Assembly: GCA_951406725.2 (NCBI GenBank)
Contig: OX597818.1
Coordinates: 69,564,001-69,628,000, forward strand
Origin: Octopus vulgaris
Taxonomy: Eukaryota
Direction of reading: 5' to 3'
Length of the DNA stretch: 64,000 bases
Shown here: piece after piece, positions 49,941 through 64,000 of the stretch
How positions within the stretch are numbered: position 1 is the first letter of the stretch
Layout: each line of letters begins with the position of its first letter
Notes under the pieces: model-generated
Databases searched by the model: none
What the model was told of the DNA's origin: nothing
The model's input: only the letters and a program-made list of their open reading frames with translations
Program-made: the position numbers and the translations under genes

Positions 49941-50431
49941 TAAACAACACAGTTCAGCATGTAGTGAACCCAGCACAAATGGACCCCATATATATGAGAA
50001 AAGAAATTTTACTTACGCCTTTGACGTTGTCTTTGACAATGGAAGGTGTAAAAGAAATCAGGGCAAAAACAGACAACTTATGACACTTTTCTAATTCACA
50101 AAAACTGTCAAAGGAATGAGCAAGATAAGATATTTTCCCAAAAATTCTTGGAAAGCATTGAAAGAAGAGACATTATATGTCATGGCTTATTTTCTCAGAC
50201 TCCTGGAAATATATTACCAGCTATATTATGTTACCAAATTTTGTAGATGTCTCCAGACAGGCATAGACATTGGCTGGTCATTTTGATCCTTTGATATTTC
50301 TAACAATGAGTGGAATCACATATAATATCCAAAAAGGAAATTCCTCTTAGGGATTCCGAAATACAAACCTTATGAAAACTCATGAAGTCTGAAAGTCCAA
50401 ACAACCAACTTTTATGTGTCATGTAATAATC

Positions 50432-50635
50432 CCTTCTACATGGCCTGAAATTTGGGGGGACGGGGACTAGTCAATTACATCAACCCCAGTGTTTTACTGG
50501 TACTTAATTTATCAACCCGAAAGGATGAAAGGCAAAGTCAACCTCGGTGGAATTTGAACTCAGAATGTAGCAACTGACAAAATACCGCTAAGCATTTCAC
50601 TCGGTGTGCCAACGATTCTGTCAGCTTGCTCCCCA
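50432..50635 (-). mobile_element. SINE family A
   Basis: CCGAAAGGATGAAAGGCAAAGTCAACCTCGGTGGAATTTGAACTCAG. Confidence 0.85.
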
Positions 50636-51149
50636 CCCTTATGTTTCATAAAATAATGACTGAAAATTGAAATCAATCAAAAATAACATTTTCTTTCTCA
50701 AATGTTAAACTGAGGTAAAATATGATTAATAATTTTTGATGTAATGATTGAAAATAAGATGGGATGATCATGTCTGGAGTGCTTTGGTCATAGATCTACC
50801 CAATCAGAGTTGACCTGCAGCTAAACAGTAGTATCAATAATGATATATATACAGACATATAGTTAAATATAGCCTCAAATGAATACAGAAAACATAACCA
50901 GAATTTTATGCTTTATACACTATACACATATTTCAGCAAGGTGACTGCCATTATTACATAAACCTGTTGGTCTTATTGTGCAATACCAAATAGTTGGTGC
51001 AGTTCAGATAATGCTGAGGAAATGAGTCAACTTCATTCTGTTGCGTAATTGGGTCAACCGAGTTATGTAAACCAGCGGTCAACCTTTTGAAAGATGTGTA
51101 TATTTTATAAAGCATAAAATACCAGTTACGTTTTCTCTATTCATTTGTT

Positions 51150-53450
51150 TCAATACAGTAGTTTGGATTCTGCACACATGACAATATGGAGTTATCATAG
51201 TTGTTGAGAAACAACGTTGGGTATAGGAGAGGAGACTGGAAGATTTCTACCATGTACAAGCCTCTTGGTAACATGTCACATATCCCAGAAGACATTATGC
51301 CACAGAACCTTCGAAAACTTTCCAAAAGGTAATAACTAAGCCTTAATCGGTTACCTATGATGAAATCCAAATGACACCAAAGTAAGCGATCCCCACAAAC
51401 TAGGAATCCATATCTACATAAAATGCATCATATGGTTAAAGATTTTTTTCAAAAAAGGAAAAAGCATTTTTTAAAGTTACCTGCTCATTTTAATTTAGGT
51501 AATTTTTTTTTTTTAGTCTCCAACAGACAGAACTTTGTATTGAAATGTAGGAGCATTGCAGCAAAAATCGTTTTCGAAATGCTTAAGGAATTATCAATGG
51601 ACATATTTTGTTCCTCATTTGAAATTTTTCTTCTCTATGTATTTAGGACATTCCTGGCAATAATCTTTTGTGTAAATCACCAAGTCACTACCAAGTCGGT
51701 GATGCCCCATGAACCATTTTAATTATTATTTCTGAGATAATCGAACAAAACAAGGACACAGTTTTCCAGTATTAATTCCGGCCAGACATGATTGTGTCAT
51801 TCAGTATTGGCAGAACAGCAACTCTGGGCATTCTTTTGCCATTTTAGGAATGGTTTTACTTAGTACTCGATCAAGCAGTGTTTCAGAAAGTAAATTATGG
51901 TGATGTAAGACACCAGTGTATGAATTGATCATCAACATTATCTAAAGACAGTGCTTAGTTTGCAGTCTCTAAAATGTAGCTGTGAGGTGGCATCGAAGAG
52001 AAGAATAACATTTCTTTTGATATATGTGATGTGAAAATCAAATACCGTGAAATTGACAGCCCATTTCAATATTATCAAAGATGTTAATTCTTGGAAATCC
52101 TGTATGTGGATTAAAGATGACTTCGAGAGGATCTAAGCTGGAATTTTGTATCAAATAAATAATGACATGCACAGTTTGTTGTTCATACAATTGGTAAAGC
52201 CCCTTTCAGTGTCTGAATGTACAGCATGGTTAACCATCTTCATAATGATGGATGAGTTATGCAATAAAATTCCTGACAATACTTTGTTCCCCAACCTCAG
52301 TTATCAACGGTGGTTTTTGTTGACATCCGATGTTTTCGCCACAAGTGGCACTTTTTTTAATTCAAGACACTGATTCTGGCTGAACATTGCTCGAAGCATA
52401 CTTCACATTTTTCTCATACAATTTTACAAAGAGTTTGACCACTTGGGAATATTATGTCAAATATCAGCCTCAAACATTTACAACTGCTAAAGGAAATTCC
52501 AATTCTTTCTCATTAGAATGCAGAGAAATGTCAAATATTTTCTGGACCAAACCTTGATCTGGAAAAATCAACTTCCATTGAAATCGTTTTATTTATATTT
52601 CTTCTCTATTGAATAATCAAGCTTACATCTCGATCAATATAACCTTATTCTTCAGGTTTAATCTTCCCTGGCTGGTTGCATCCAGAGATACATAATCCTG
52701 ATAGACTTTTTATATCTCCTTTCAAGCTAGTTGCTATTACACATTGAAAATGGCATGTTCAGTTTTTCATGTCATCAGACGTTTGCGTCCTTCACAAATT
52801 CACAACCAAATTAATCAGGGCATTAATGGTAATGGTTTCTTGAAGATGGAACCTGTTGAGATTTGGTAAAAAGTTCAGAGAAAGAAATTTACATAAGATC
52901 TCATTCCAGTTAAGGAGTGAACAGCAGACTAATTATTAGGGGTTGGTCTTGAGCTCAAATAAATTATTTGATTATTGCCTGCCTTATAATCATCATAAAT
53001 ACATAAATTTTTGTTCTTTTTTTAATGTTTTCAACTACAAGAGGTTCACCAATATGAATTGTTAGGTTTCGATGTTCTAAATATGACGAATGTCATCATA
53101 CCTTCAACATCACGCACAATATTATCGATTGGTCTTGTACTGTCCCTTTACAGTTTATTAGTTTCAATAGGACTGACCGTTACTTGGACTACTACAAATA
53201 CAATTTCACTTTGTGTGTCTCCCCAAAAAAGTCCAAGGCTTTTACCATCAATCCTTCAAACTTGTGAAATTGTTGATGACTTTTGAGTAAGAGTTTAGCA
53301 GTGATTACCTGGAAGTTTCTGGGAATAAAGATCATGTCTTTACTACAATTCACTTTCATATCCACAGTGACATTACTCAGATAAATTTGGTGGAAGGAAG
53401 GGCGTTTCCATTTTGCTCTCCAGTGAAAATACTTTTCTCTTTGCATCAGG
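51150..53450 (-). mobile_element. Decayed Ty3/Gypsy pol (RT-RNase H, probably into integrase)
   Basis: Minus-strand remnants in order: YW*..LVV, DDYKAGNN, ETITINA, QDY VSLD-like remnant of YQDD, DPLEVIFNPH, ILKWAVNFTVFDFHITYIKRNVILLFDATSQL (cf. RWAL.L..FDF.I.Y.KG....DALSRL). Confidence 0.8.
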
Positions 53451-54478
53451 TTTCATTATTAATTTGTCCAATTCATTCCACGTTTTTATTTTTAATGCCA
53501 CAAACATGAAAATTGATTGCTTTTGCTGCACAATTTGCATATTTTTCTAAATAAAAAAACATTTCTATCTAATAATAAATGCGTAATTGTAAATATAGAA
53601 TTTGCTTTTACAAAATTTCCTTATTTGAGCAGGTGATACACATCTGCAATACTTGGCTCTACTTAGTAAGGAATATCAACTGTTAAAAGGTGACATTGTG
53701 TTGTGTAGAAGGAAGTTCACACATGCTTCAAGTGAAATATTTCTTAACTGCAATTGTTCCAACATTTTTGATATATAGAATGGATGATGTGTGTCCTCAA
53801 TGAGCCAGGCTAGAATTAAATCATCTCCAATATTTTGGTCACTTTGACCATGCTTATTCGAACTTACAAAACAAGGAGACCCATCACAAAGATGATGCAA
53901 CAACATTTTTTAAAAAGCCCAAAGGAATTTTGATATAAATCTGATCAATTCCTTTCATTTCATTCATTATTGGTCACACATTTTAGTGAAAAACAGTCTT
54001 TCATCTACTTCCAATCTATTACTAATAACATCAGCATCATATCTTCACTCTTAGCCTTTGATTGAAATAACACTTATCACCTTTGTATCACCATGACCAT
54101 CACTGTTTTATAATTTCTTCGTCTTAGATGTTATTGTGAAATATCTTAAGCAGACATTAATGAGGTCAGGCTCAGTAAGTATCGTTTTAAATCTTGTTGG
54201 TGTTGCCAGTGTTAGGATATGAATAATTCACAATGACCAAAGTTCAACAAAGATTGAATACGTGGATAGAAAATACCACGTAACTAAAGTTCAGCATAGC
54301 ATGTATGAAAAGATGTTTGAACTGTTGTATGTTAAGGATCTCTTTTCTTAATCTGTTGTCTTTCTGATCTCCTTAACCACACAGCACTGATTATTCTGAC
54401 AAAATATCTTGATGCGTGTGTGTGTATAGGTATGTGTGTGCAGGTATATTCAAGTATATATGTATATACATATATACA

Positions 54479-54535
<57 letters not shown>

Positions 54536-54695
54536 TAGAGATAAAACCACTATTATGCAACTCAAACAGTGATAGGCATAAACCAATACATAAATAACCA
54601 ATATATATATATATATATATAAATGATTTTTTTTTATAACTAGCTCTCAAAAAGTATAAAATGAATGTGATAAAAATATAATATATGTGTAGACA

Positions 54696-54791
54696 CTACG
54701 TATGTTTCATGGCTACAATTAAATTCGAATTACAATTAAGTTTAAATTCAATTGAAATAAATTCGATTAAAAATTATAGTCAATCTTCAGG
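54696..54791 (-). ncRNA. Hammerhead-ribozyme-like motif of Penelope type with long stem II
   Basis: Minus strand: CCTGAAGA-TTGACTATAATTT...AAATTGTAGCCAT-GAAAC-ATAC-GTA; the stem II arms pair over ~24 nt; stem I is weak. Confidence 0.55.
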
Positions 54792-54863
54792 TTAATGATA
54801 ATAGTTAAATAAATTTATACTAAATTGAATTTTTCCCTGTAAGTTTGGAGTTTTACTCCCTAA

Positions 54864-54956
<93 letters not shown>

Positions 54957-55271
54957 TTAATATAATCAAAATAAGCAACAAGAAAATCCAGAGGTAATGC
55001 AGTACGATTGGTTCATGCAACTCCATTTAATTGAACAATGTTATTGTGAAATATCTTAACCAGACATTAATGAGGTAGCAAATTATTTAATTATTTTAAT
55101 TGCTAATTAGAGTTTGAAACCTAGGTATGACTGTAAAAAAAACAAAGTAAATTTTTTAATTTTCATTCCCTTCGAAATTTCTTTTAAATGTGGTTTTGGT
55201 CATTTTGACTGCTCTTTCTAGCATGTAATGCTACCTATTAAGGGTCACCTCTTTTGTGTTTAAATGTACAC

Positions 55272-55313
<42 letters not shown>

Positions 55314-55469
55314 TATATATGTGTGTGTATGTGTGCCTGTGTATATATACATACACACAAATGAGTGCACACACACATACATGCTTGCACACACACATGC
55401 ACGCTTGCACACACACACACACACACACACACACCACACACACATGTATATTCATTAGTGACAGAAGTA

Positions 55470-55672
55470 GGGCAGTAAGCTTGCAGAACCGTTAGCATGC
55501 TGGACGAAATGCTTAGCAGTATTTCACCCATCACTACATTCTGAGTTCAAATTCCGTCACAGTCAACTTTGACTTTTATTCTTTGAGGGCCTATAAATTA
55601 AATGCAAGGGTCGATGTAATCAACTCTCCCCCTCCACCAAATTTCAGGCCTTATCCCTTTAGGAGAAAGGAT
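55470..55672 (+). mobile_element. SINE family A, diverged
   Basis: GGCAGTAAGCTTGCAGAACCGTTAGCATGC..CTGAGTTCAAATTCC. Confidence 0.8.
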
Positions 55673-56309
55673 TGTTAGTGATGAAAATAAGATCCATTCA
55701 TAATTAGGGATCTGTATGCATACTTCAAGTGAATAAATGTTGAAGCTTCCTAAACCCCAGTATTCGTCCCTTGCAGATGTGGGATGTTAAAAACATCAAA
55801 AGAGCAGGTGGAGGTCAACCAGCGTTGGATCTAGAACTGTGCTTGTTAACTTTATCAGCAGCCACGATGCACATCTCGTTGCATCAAACATAGGTTGCTT
55901 CCTGATAATGATAAAAAGCGAAAAGTCATCAATGTGGTGTTTAGTTGGCAAGCTGAATAAAAATGAGATACGGATTTCCATCAGCATGAAAGTTTTGTGT
56001 TCCAAAAGGGTAACAAAGTTTTATTCTACTGAAAAGAACTTTCAGACTTCTCGGTGTTAATTACTCATTACTTTACAGCTGTTTCTACTCTAAGGAGCAG
56101 TGCAATTAGAGCTGGGTAATTATGCAACATTCTATGGCTTTGCCGGGACCAATAAATTGAGCCGTATGCATATTTTGGACAGTATTTAAATACATAGAAT
56201 TGGCTACATTCAGAAATATATATATATAAATAATAATGTGATCAATTTGTGGGTGAGAAACCACGCCCAGAAATAAGTTGATTTACATAAAATTATATTT
56301 ATTCACATA

Positions 56310-57121
56310 CTAGCAGTATTGCCCGGCTCGTGCACTCGTGCGTTCGATGCATGCGCGAATTAAGCTAAACTTGGATGAAGTTCAATCAAAATTCAATTAT
56401 TTTGGTTTTAAAATCAAGCATTTAATGCCCTCTATTTTTGTGCTTATGTGTTCCATTTCCTCAATAGGGAGTACATAGAAGCGCTTCATAAATTTTTGTT
56501 GATCAAATAATTGCATTGTTGAATTATTCTTTTAGATCAGTATTTCTCAACGGGGATTTCAGGGGAGAGGTTCAGGGAGTCGCTGGCGAATTATCGTGAT
56601 GATCAAAAATCCGGCCTGCTAAAACTTGGTTAAAGTGATTCAAACTGCAGACTCAATGCAAAATGGTCACATTTAATTCAAAGCATTAAAAATGTTATGA
56701 AAACAATTGGTATGTGTTCACAAAGTCCAAACAATTAATATGAAAAAACCCTCCAGGCTACATCCCGAAAATTCATTTCTTTGCCGAATTTCTAGAATGT
56801 TTACGGCGATTCGTTTTTATATCGTGATTTTTCATTTTTCATGCAATTTACGCATGCTTGCATGCGTGGTGAACACAGTTCACATCAAACAGCTGACTGA
56901 GTAAAGTTCACTATTCAATGCATGGGATAAGGCCCAAATAAACACATTATCAATTTTTGCACTTGTGAGATGAATTTCAGAACAGAAATAGCGCAGTTCA
57001 ATTTTCATTTGCCTAAACTTTAAGTGACCCATTTTTGGTGGTTCTACGATTTGTTGGCTTGGAGAAAATGTGCCGGGAAGTTAAACACACAGACACACAA
57101 GTTGAGTTTTATATATATAGA
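56310..57121 (-). mobile_element. Non-autonomous Helitron (812 bp)
   Basis: Minus strand begins A|TCTATATATATAAAA and ends GCCGGGCAATACTGCTAG|T: canonical 5'-TC, 3'-CTAG and insertion between A and T with no TSD; CpG-richer than its flanks. Confidence 0.88.
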
Positions 57122-57659
57122 TATGTATAATAAATAGACATATATCTACACACACACATACAGATATATGTTGAAACTTATATTGAGAAACATTTACAGA
57201 CACACATGAATAAAAGATGTAAAAATGACACAATTGCTACACAGAAAAATACAACATTTTTCTCTAAAGATAAAAGAACAATGGTGAAAGTGTGATTCTC
57301 CCTCAATAAGCATCGAATACAATGGCAACTGCCAGATATAAGGCTTATGTCCAGAAACAGTGCTGAAGATTTATGACCAAGAGTAATTTTGCATTAGAGG
57401 GGAGAAATGTGAATGATGAATCTGCAGAAGATGAAGAATTGAGGAAGATGTATCATTAGATGTCATTGATGAGATGATATGGATTGGTATAGTCCTTTGC
57501 AACACTTCAGGTCTCTCAAATTCCTGATATATAGAGAAATGGAGGTTAAAAGAGCAATGGTGAGGATTGATCTGAGGCAGATTTGACGATGGTGTTTCAG
57601 GCAGAGATGGACAATTACAAAAGGAGGTTGGTCACTCTTGGACTCCATGCTGTTGTTGC

Positions 57660-58200
57660 TGGTCTTGACGATGCTGGTGATGACGGAGATGATGGCAAGA
57701 ATAATGGTGACAACGGCAACAATTATAATGATCAAGAAGGGGAAGAGGAGGACGAAGGGGACGTCAACGACGATGAGGATGACAATGATGATAAAGTGGA
57801 GAAGGATGACAACAATAATGATGATGATGAGGACGGTGACAATGAGTTTTGTTGGGAGTGATGGTAATGATGATGATGATGAGAGTGATGATGATTACGA
57901 TAATTATGATGCTGACGATGATCATGATGACGATCAGGATGAAGATGTTGACAATGACAATGCTTATGATGATTATGTTGATGATAATGATGATGATAAC
58001 AATGACAATGATGGTGATGTTGATAATGATGATGATGATGATGATGGTGACATGATGATAATGATGATGATGCTTATGATGATGTTGATGATGATGAACA
58101 TGACCATGATGATGATGATGATATAGATGACGACAGTGATGATATTGTTCATGATGATGATGATAGTGGTGATGTTGGTGGTGATGGTTATGATGATGAT
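57660..58200. repeat. Long imperfect (GAT/GAC/AAT)n tract
   Basis: Read directly. Confidence 0.9.
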
Positions 58201-58355
58201 GCAGTGTCATCAACTAAATATATAAGGCTATTCATTCTAGACAGTGGCATCTGGAGTTCTCTGATCTCTCACACTTGACAAACTCTGTCAGCTTCTAAGT
58301 AGAAGGCATTGATTTACATACATAAATACAAAAACATGCACACATACATACACAT

Positions 58356-58430
<75 letters not shown>

Positions 58431-58483
58431 GAGGGAGAGAGCAAGAGAGAAAGAGAGACATAAGCATTCACTGCATATATACG

Positions 58484-58536
<53 letters not shown>

Positions 58537-58587
58537 CAGAAATAATCACATATATACATGCATATGTGTATAGATACATATATACAT

Positions 58588-58627
<40 letters not shown>

Positions 58628-59542
58628 GTACATACACATGCATATATATATTTATATACATACATATATATATATATGTATATATATATCTATATATGTA
58701 TATATATACATATGTATATATATGCATATATATATATATATGTATATATATGTATATATTTATGTATATGTATATAGACTCACACATACATTCATCCATT
58801 TTCACACACGTACACACACACACATATATATATACATACATAAATAGGGAGAGTCATACACACGCGGATATATAAGGATACAAATATTCTTCTCACTCGT
58901 TATTATCTGTGTTAAGATGAATATGCAAATGAAACTGAAATGAAATAATTTAAAAGTCATCAGAGAATTAATCCTGACATTTTATTAATTAAGCAATTTT
59001 ATAATTCAGTCAGAATAGTTTGCCTCAATAAGAAAGCGAACAAGTTTATTAAGTTATTTTCCTGTTTTGACATATAAAATTAATTAAGCATACCTTATAT
59101 TCAAATAAATGAAATCCCAAATAAAAGCAAAATGAGGCAATTTGATAATAGCTAGAAGTTTCCCTTTGCTGAAATGAAATGGAATTCAGATTCCTTTTTG
59201 GAAGTTAGAGAGTGTGATGAGGAGATGAGGACAGAGAGGGATTATGAAGAGGAAGAGGTTTCTGCGGAATTACAAAGCTGTGGTGCTCTATGAATATTCA
59301 AAATAGTATTCAAAGTCATTAGAAGAAACAGAAGGAAAACAAGAAGAAAAGCAAGATAAAAGAAAAGATGAAGAAGAAAGATGAGAAAGAGGAAGAGAAG
59401 TAGACGAGGATGAGTTATAAGTCATTAGAAACTGATTGTACATATTTCACAGAAAGAAGACAATTTTACTTCTTTAACCAAATATTAAAACAGTTTTGGC
59501 AATTTCTATGCGAATATTTTTGCAATATATATGTGCATATTG

Positions 59543-59848
59543 TGGAGGTGCAATGGCCTAGTGGTTAGGGCAGTGGACTCGTGGTTGTAGGATCGCAGTT
59601 TCGATTCCCAGACTGAGCATTGTGAGTGTTTATTGAGTGAAAACACCTAAAGCTCCATGAAGCTCCGGCAGGAGGTGGTGGCGATCCCTGCTGTATTCGT
59701 TCACCACAACTTTCTCTCACTCTTTCTTCTGTTGACCTGCCTGCTTAGCCAGTGGGGTGGCATCATTTGAAGGCTAAAACAATGCGAAGCGCATTGTGAC
59801 CAGCAATGTGTATAGCAACATCTGATAGTTTGGTCAGTCACGGTGATA
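59543..59848 (+). mobile_element. SINE with family-C head and a different 3' half
   Basis: Matches 19001-19185 up to CTTTCTCTCACTCTTT, then unrelated sequence ending GTCACGGTGAT. Confidence 0.85.
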
Positions 59849-59874
59849 TGTGCATATTAAATAAACATACACAC

Positions 59875-60020
59875 ACACAAAACAGGTCTCTTTCAGTTTC
59901 TGGTCTAGCAAATCAATTCATAAGGTTTTTGTTGGTCCAGGGTTGTGGTAGAAGACACTTGCCCAAGGTGCTTCAAAGTGTGAATGAACCTGAAATCTTA
60001 ACCACACAGCTCTGCCTGGT
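59875..60020 (-). mobile_element. SINE family B head, diverged
   Basis: CTTTCAGTTTC..GTAGAAGACACTTGCCCAAGGTG..AACCACACAGC. Confidence 0.7.
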
Positions 60021-61388
60021 TAATATAGCCAAGAGTACGATGAATGGTGTCAAGACAGGGAAAGCAGCTTGACCATCACAATAAGTCACTGAAATGCTTA
60101 AAGTAGCTGGCAAAGTAGACCCCTTGCTAGTCCTTCAAATTATCGAATTAACTTGATACTACAAGAAAATACCATTTTCCTTCATCAAAATCTTTGGTGT
60201 CACACAATCCCTTTGTTTCTATCCAATCTCCTTACCAACAATCCTCATGTACCTGCTTATCAACCCCTCTTCCATTATTCCTTTTTCTCTTTTATCACTC
60301 TCTAAGCCCTACTACTCTGGTTCTTTTCTGCTTTTACTCTTCCATTATCCACTCAATCCGGCACTCCTCCCTCTTAGACAAGTGAGAAAAATAGGAGCTC
60401 ACATACAAAGATAACATTAAGAAGCCTGACTTTTTTTACTAATGGTATTTGTAAAAATAAAAGAATGAGCAGGGACAAAACAGATTCTCTTTTGCTGGCC
60501 CAACGATACCATGTACCAAGTATACTTTATAAAGAGGTTGGAAATAAGAAAGATATTCAACCATAAAACGATGACAAAATACTATATAAGAGTTGAAGAA
60601 TTAGTGTGTTTTGGTGACCTGGTAGCCAGCTTCCTCTGTCTGCTCTGTTTAGTAAATATTCAATTGTATTGTATAATACTTAGCATACATATTAGAGCAG
60701 AAATTTAAATATTATTATGTGATGAAGGCTTTGAAATGGCCACAATCTATGGAATGACAAATAGTTGAAATACTCGTTCCTCCTGACATTTTTATGATTT
60801 ATATACTCCTCATGAAATAATCTCATCGATCAGATCTCCTGGATTGCAGCTGCAGAGAATCCTGAATTTTGCTCCTCTCTATTGGATTACTCATGTGGTC
60901 TGCTGGTCAAGTCTGCTAGAGGAGCCACAAGATCCTATGAATCCATATACACACACACACACACACACACACATACATATATACAAAAATATACTTACAA
61001 ATATTCATCCATGCAGTGATGCATGCATAGTTACACATATACATAGATATATGCAAGCATGTATATGATATCTACAGATTATAGCATGGTTAGTTTTATC
61101 ATCTTAAATATCATTTATATCAAAATTATTAACACTGTATAAAATTAAAATCATATACACAAAGCTTCGTGCTGCATCTCAGAGATGCATCAATAAAGCT
61201 TTGTCAGTGAACAGGTCGCGGTCTCAAAGCGACGAAAATATTTTGACAAATCAAATTTAAATGTTAAAGTGAATCTAACGGATTTTCTGTGTTTCTCAAA
61301 TGGCTTATAAACACCTTCCACGCTGCAATTGTTTTCGTTCCAGCATACGATCTCAGATCAAGTCACTTGCTATGCATGTACATCTCCG

Positions 61389-61455
<67 letters not shown>

Positions 61456-61601
61456 TATACATATATATACATATACATATATACATATATATATATACTG
61501 AAATTGCGAGGATGATCGGGTTCTTGACTGAAAATTAAAGGCTTCGAATGATCCGTCCGTGTTTTTTGTATCGTCTTCTGGATGTTTTGCATTCCTGTCC
61601 C

Positions 61602-61681
<80 letters not shown>

Positions 61682-61784
61682 CATTATGTGCGTGCTTATG
61701 AGTTGTCCTTATTTGTATTTACCTCATTTGAACTTTTTTTTAATTCTCACATAGATTAGCTTGTTTTGCTGCATATCATGCTGG

Positions 61785-62165
61785 TTTCAGATTTTGGCAC
61801 AAGGCCGGCAGTTTCTGGGGTGGTGGGGTAAGTCGATTACATCAATCTCAGTGCTCAAAGGATGAGTATTTTATCAGTCCCAGAAGGAGGAAAGGCAAAG
61901 TCGATCTTGGTAGGATTTGAACTAAGAACATAGCATGTTAATGATTCTTTTCTACTCTAGGCACAAGGCCCGAAATTTTGGGGAGGGGGTGGCCTGTCGA
62001 TTAGATCGACCCCAGTACGCAACTGCTACTTAAGTTATCGAACCCGAAAGGATGGAAAGCAAAGTCAACTTCGGCGAAATTTGAACTTAGAAGGTAAAGA
62101 CAGATGAAATACTGCTAAGCATTTTACCGGGGGGGGAGGGGATAATGTCTCTGCCAGCTCACTGC
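61785..62165 (-). mobile_element. Two tandem/nested SINE family A copies
   Basis: GGCACAAGGCC..AAAGGCAAAGTCGA..TTTGAACT occurs twice (61785-61930, 61948-62165). Confidence 0.85.
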
Positions 62166-62876
62166 CCTCAACCATGCATCATATTGTTACCTGTCTTATT
62201 CCTCTGACATCGTGTGTGTGATATCCATGAATATTTATAGAATAGCAGCTAAAATGTTTTTAAATAAGCATCATTATGTAATATACATGTCTTCAGTAAT
62301 TCTATTCAAACATTATTTGAATAACACAATCAATAATAGTGAAACCTCTCAAAGAAAATGAATGATATATCTTTGGATTACTAGGAGAGGGTCTGTTGTT
62401 TGACAGTGAAATACTTGTTTACAGACCATACCATTTTCCTTTATTGATAAGTTATTGAGACACAATCAGTGCCAGTGGTTCGGTTTTTCAGGGTTTTCAA
62501 GAGTGCTGGGAAGAAAGTCAAACATTCTCATGAAACCACTGACAAGGCCTGAATATCTGCAAAAGAGTGGTCTCTGCTGAAAGATTATAAGCACCAGGTG
62601 AGGTGCTGAACCGTGTGACAAATTAGCTCTACTGCCCCAGAACACACAGTGTAAAGAGCTAAAATCAAAATGGTGAGCTATTTTATCCACAGCTCTAGCT
62701 ATTCTGCTAATCCGCTTCTCTTGACTGTTTTTTTTTTATTTCATAAGACCCTAAAAGAAAGAAGGAAACCAGAGTTGGCCTTGATAGTAACTGAACTCAG
62801 AATGTCAAGAAATGGAACAAAATTTGCAGATGCTTCATCTTATCTAATAAGTTTTCTTCTTTACTGCTTTGGTGCA

Positions 62877-62932
<56 letters not shown>

Positions 62933-63371
62933 GTATTCCTTTTTTTTTTCTGTATTTTGGTAGTTATTACTCACATATTTAACAATTTTAATGTCTGTAG
63001 ATTCTGTCCAGTTCCCTATCTCTAGTTTTCTTTGGTCAGGTATGCTATCAGCCTACATTTCACAGGAATTTTGTTACCTGCTTATTTCTACCATTCTTAT
63101 CCTTATTGTGCCTTATACCCCAGACACCAATTCTGTTTTCGTCTTGTCTCTTTCCAAAGTATCCTTGTCGCATTCTTATTGATAGCCTGAGTCCAGAGGG
63201 TATATGCAGAGTGAACAAACTGTCAAGATTTCTCCATGAGAACTCAACTTAAAATATTTTGGTTCCATCTTCATGCAAACTATTTTTGCCTACACAGACA
63301 AATCCTTTATCAGCTTATCAACAAATAAGAAATATATCTTTGTTCTTATTTGTATTTGTGTACATATACAA

Positions 63372-63502
63372 GTATGTATGTGTGTATGTATGTATGTTTG
63401 CATGTATTTATGTATGTATGTATGTATGTATGTATGTTTATATGTATGTATGTTTGTATGTATGTATGTATGTATGTATGTTTATATGTATGTATGTATG
63501 TT

Positions 63503-63533
<31 letters not shown>

Positions 63534-63582
63534 TTATATGTATGTATGTATGTTTATATGTATGTATGTATGTATGTATGTT

Positions 63583-63613
<31 letters not shown>

Positions 63614-63956
63614 TTATATGTATGTATGTATGTATGTATGAATGTATGCAGTTATGTATGTATGTATGTATGTGTGTATGTGTGTATGTGTGTATGTATG
63701 TATGTATGTATGTATGTATGTATGTATGTGTGTATGTATGTATGTTTGTATGTATGTATGTATGTATGTATGTATGTATGTTTATATGTATGTGTGTGTA
63801 TGTATGTATGTATGTATGTGTGTATGTATGTATGTACGTATGTATGTATGTATGTATGTATGTATGTTTGTATGTATGTATGTATGTATGTATGTATGCA
63901 TGCATGCATGTATGTTTGTATGTATGTATGTATGTATGTTTGTATGTATGTATGTA
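63372..63956. repeat. Imperfect (TATG)n microsatellite, ~585 bp
   Basis: Read directly; source of the MYVC-repeat ORFs. Confidence 0.95.
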
Positions 63957-64000
63957 CCCTTTTTCTTTTTAATTTAGAATAAATTCTGACTGCCTCCCCC

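Noticed and set aside
57583-58213. Asp-rich or His-rich protein ORFs
   Set aside because: All frames derive from an imperfect (GAT)n tract; no splice or domain support.
62466-62690. Possible exon in a GC-richer unique stretch
   Set aside because: All three plus frames hit stops and the minus ORF has no recognisable motif.

Overview
AT-rich, microsatellite-dense eukaryotic DNA with no recognisable host protein-coding gene. The repeat families suggest an intron or intergenic stretch of an octopod (Octopus-like) genome; this taxonomy is inference. Most listed ORFs are translations of (TA)n/(CA)n/(TATG)n/(GAT)n tracts. The real content is layered mobile DNA: two young 5'-truncated RTE-clade LINEs in opposite orientation with a C4HC3 (PHD-type) finger inside the RT, many RTE 3' tails, and at least three tRNA-type SINE families. 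Decayed Ty3/Gypsy, R4/Dong, HERO, Penelope-like, hAT, Tc1/mariner and Helitron pieces are also present, plus a 43-bp satellite and two long foldback hairpins. The most striking object is a full-length U6 snRNA copy fused directly to a full-length SINE, with the whole chimera bracketed by one 13-bp direct repeat (48111-48448), i.e. apparently a single U6-SINE retrotransposition event. Boundaries of degenerate elements were read by eye and are approximate.
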